DNA from: a virus
Virus record (IMG/VR): IMGVR_UViG_3300049491_000083
Coordinates: 12,009-76,008 of that record
DNA length: 64,000 nucleotides
Reading direction: 5' to 3' (one strand)
Shown: positions 61,564 to 64,000 of the stretch, piece after piece
Numbering within the stretch: position 1 is the first letter of the stretch
Layout: each line of letters starts with the position of its first letter
The notes under the pieces: model-generated
The model's input: the letters and a program-made list of their open reading frames with translations, nothing else
Databases searched by the model: none
What the model was told of the DNA's origin: nothing
Translations under genes and position numbers: made by a program

Positions 61564-62126
61564 TAGACTTCCTCAACGGCAAGGGATACATTCCAGAGGT
61601 CTGTAATACCGCGCTTTTGTACTGAGTGATTGAAGTCTGAGAACATTACCCTGACGGCCTTGACATACTTGTTGGTCTGACCATAGGCTACATCGGCATC
61701 GTATGACAGGAGCAGCCAGAACGGGCCGGGATGAGACTCATACCACGATACAAGATCCCATCCACCAGCACCACCATCAGCCGTGTAGACAACAAGGCTT
61801 CCTGCGGTTGGTATGCCATTGGCATCGAACACTGGCTCCTGATCGTATGCGCGAGAGGGAAGCATTTCCCACGAGGTTGAGTAGGTGTTCTTATCAGCGA
61901 TATGATAGGACCGCATGGTGCCATTGATCATGCGCTTGCGATTCTCAATGCGCTCAGGCTTAACGTCTATCTCGCTGCGGCTGTGATCGGATAGGATGAT
62001 GAAGTCCTGAAATTCAGTACCGCTTGGGATATACCCGGCACTTGACGACGTGTAGGCATCTGTGAACAGCATGGCCTGAGGCTTGGTATAAGCCATACGA
62101 TTGCTCATGTACACGGGTAGCACCAT
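61563..62126 (-). CDS. distal-tail-like protein
   Basis: directly follows the tape measure; RMINGTMRSY, W...L.VEEV. Confidence 0.7.
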   Translation of the reverse strand: MVLPVYMSNRMAYTKPQAMLFTDAYTSSSAGYIPSGTEFQDFIILSDHSRSEIDVKPERIENRKRMINGTMRSYHIADKNTYSTSWEMLPSRAYDQEPVFDANGIPTAGSLVVYTADGGAGGWDLVSWYESHPGPFWLLLSYDADVAYGQTNKYVKAVRVMFSDFNHSVQKRGITDLWNVSLAVEEV

Positions 62127-64000
62127 TAGAACTTGTAACTCCTTATGTTACGATCCTGTGCGCTCTGGATCTTTCCAAGGACGGTGTTGGCAATATCATC
62201 TGCCGATGCATCCGTACCCGCGACATTCACGTTTATAGTGTAATTATACTCTATCTCGTTCCCGCCTGCTCCCTTCGCTGCCAAAGATGCCGCTCCATTC
62301 ATGCGTGGGAATACGTTTCCATTGAGTGCTGCAAGTTCTGCCCCAAAGCGTTGAGCCACTGGCTTACGCACAACAAATTCTCCGGGGGTAAGCATGGCAG
62401 GAATCTTGTCTGTCATACCAAGTCCGGGTACGAATCCTCCGCTGGCAAATCCAAGAGCCGTCAGGCTTCCGTTGATCCTGTTGAACCAGTCTCTCAGTCC
62501 TGCATCCTTAGCCGAATTAACATAGGGCTGAGCAGCATTGTAGTAGTTTCTTGATGCAGCATAGTTACCAGAGTTAAGAGCATTCTGCGATAGTGTCAGC
62601 CTATCATAGGCAAGTTTTGTATCGCCAGTAAGTGCTGGAGGGGTGGTAGATGACGTTGGTGGAGTAGATGATCCGGCTCCGGTGCCTGTTCCACTATCAA
62701 CACCCGGCACATTCTGAGTAGAAGGATCGTTCTTTGCCAGTCGGTTAATCTCAATCCAGTGGGCTTCCATCCGGGCGAGTTCGTTGTTGAGCGAGGCCAA
62801 CTTCAACTGCTGGTTGTTATAGGTATCGTTTAGTTGCTTTACCTTTGCATTGATAGCAGTCTGCTTGCCATAGATAGCATCGGCGTTGGCACGCTGCTGG
62901 TCCTGCAAGGTCTTGATTTCCTTCTCAATGCCCTTGCGCTGATCCTTGAGCACGTTGATCTGTGCATCGATAGCCTTGAGGGCATTGGTACGCGATAGTT
63001 CAAGGGCATCACGAGTTGACTTCTGATTCTCAGATGCAAGATCCTGCTGCAACTGCTGCATAGCACCGGCAGCACCAGCAACGTCACCGCGGCTCAGGGC
63101 ATTGGCAATGCCAAGTTGCGCCTGCTGAATCCTGAAGATCCTGTCATTGGCTGCCTCAATCTCGTCAAGAGCCTTGATCTGGATATCGAAGGACTCGTTG
63201 ATCTTCTCCTTCTGCTCCTCGTACTTGGAGATAGACTCATCAATTGCTTCCAATTCCCGGTTCTTGAGTTCGATGCTTCGGTCAAGAACATTGTTCTTCT
63301 CCTGCAATGCATCAATCTCATCCTGCAATGGCTGAATCTCAGTGGTCTCTGCAATCTGCCTCTTGATATCAAGAATGCCCTGCTGTGTGTCAAGCAGATC
63401 TGCGGTCTTGTCAAACACGCTCATGTTATTCCACTCAGCCTGCTTCAACTGCTCAAGGCTGGCGACAAGGCCATTGATCTTTGCCTTCGACATATTGGCA
63501 CTTACGCCCATCTCTGTCAACTTCTCAGCGATTTCTGGATTGATACCCATACCCTTGAATGCTGCCGTGGTATCAAGAGCATCCTTCTGCGTCTTGATCG
63601 CTGCCGCAGATGCCTCGTAGGAGGCAGACTGCATTGCCTGAATACCGGCCTTGGAGAACTTGAAGATGTACAGCAACTTGCGCTCTTCCTCGGAGAAGTT
63701 GCCCTTGTCCATGACCTTGTTCTTCTGCTTCTTGTTCAGTTCGTCAAAGGTCTTTCCGTACTTCCTACCAGAAATCTTGTTGGCCTTCATGGTTGCCTGA
63801 TTGTATCCGGCAATAGTTCCCTCTGGCATTGCACCAAGCAACTCTTCGATCTGCGAATTGCCAAGGCCCTGCTTGGATAGGGCTGCTGTGGCACGCTGGG
63901 TGCCCATAGACACCTGTGCCTGATTGCGCCATTGCGCTGGCATACCCTGCTTGACGTTGACAGCCAGTTGCGTCTGCTGCTTCATGAACAGGGCGTAGGC
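62126..64000 (-). CDS. tape measure protein, C-terminal part (5'-truncated)
   Basis: long coiled coil; FASGG.VPG...DKIPAMLTPGEFVV motif. Confidence 0.9.
   Translation of the reverse strand, partial: AYALFMKQQTQLAVNVKQGMPAQWRNQAQVSMGTQRATAALSKQGLGNSQIEELLGAMPEGTIAGYNQATMKANKISGRKYGKTFDELNKKQKNKVMDKGNFSEEERKLLYIFKFSKAGIQAMQSASYEASAAAIKTQKDALDTTAAFKGMGINPEIAEKLTEMGVSANMSKAKINGLVASLEQLKQAEWNNMSVFDKTADLLDTQQGILDIKRQIAETTEIQPLQDEIDALQEKNNVLDRSIELKNRELEAIDESISKYEEQKEKINESFDIQIKALDEIEAANDRIFRIQQAQLGIANALSRGDVAGAAGAMQQLQQDLASENQKSTRDALELSRTNALKAIDAQINVLKDQRKGIEKEIKTLQDQQRANADAIYGKQTAINAKVKQLNDTYNNQQLKLASLNNELARMEAHWIEINRLAKNDPSTQNVPGVDSGTGTGAGSSTPPTSSTTPPALTGDTKLAYDRLTLSQNALNSGNYAASRNYYNAAQPYVNSAKDAGLRDWFNRINGSLTALGFASGGFVPGLGMTDKIPAMLTPGEFVVRKPVAQRFGAELAALNGNVFPRMNGAASLAAKGAGGNEIEYNYTINVNVAGTDASADDIANTVLGKIQSAQDRNIRSYKF

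Noticed and set aside
1-64000. Stop-codon reassignment
   Set aside because: All three stops end genes normally, core genes are intact and no suppressor anticodon was found

Overview
A 64-kb slice of a large lytic tailed phage, almost certainly infecting Actinomycetota (WhiB, ThyX, DnaE, gp88-like, FALAA-type tmRNA tag, leaderless promoters). There are three zones. (1) 1-5.3 kb: membrane protein, 5 tRNAs, a tmRNA, a metallophosphoesterase and a thermonuclease. (2) About 5.3-20 kb: a divergently transcribed accessory region bounded by A/T-tract DNA and built from short cassettes. About 14 CCGCGCCCC-type GC boxes mark the cassette junctions; most are followed by 11-bp-period operator repeats and a promoter. 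The cargo includes a 19-tRNA array, a promoter-driven ~440-nt ORF-free structured RNA, an ArfA-like peptide, DUF932, a gp88-like protein and many tiny acidic proteins. (3) 20-64 kb, all minus strand: small hypotheticals, ThyX, a peptidoglycan peptidase, an epimerase/glycosyltransferase/methyltransferase trio, SSB, WhiB, terminase, resolvases, RecA, DnaE, primase, helicase, tail genes and the 3' end of the tape measure. I count 25 tRNAs by eye. The best candidates for undescribed biology are the GC-box/operator cassette architecture, the large ncRNA at 7131-7573, and a translation-rescue set (tmRNA apparently lacking PK1, ArfA-like peptide, stop codons buried in RNA genes). All calls are by eye; no searches were run.
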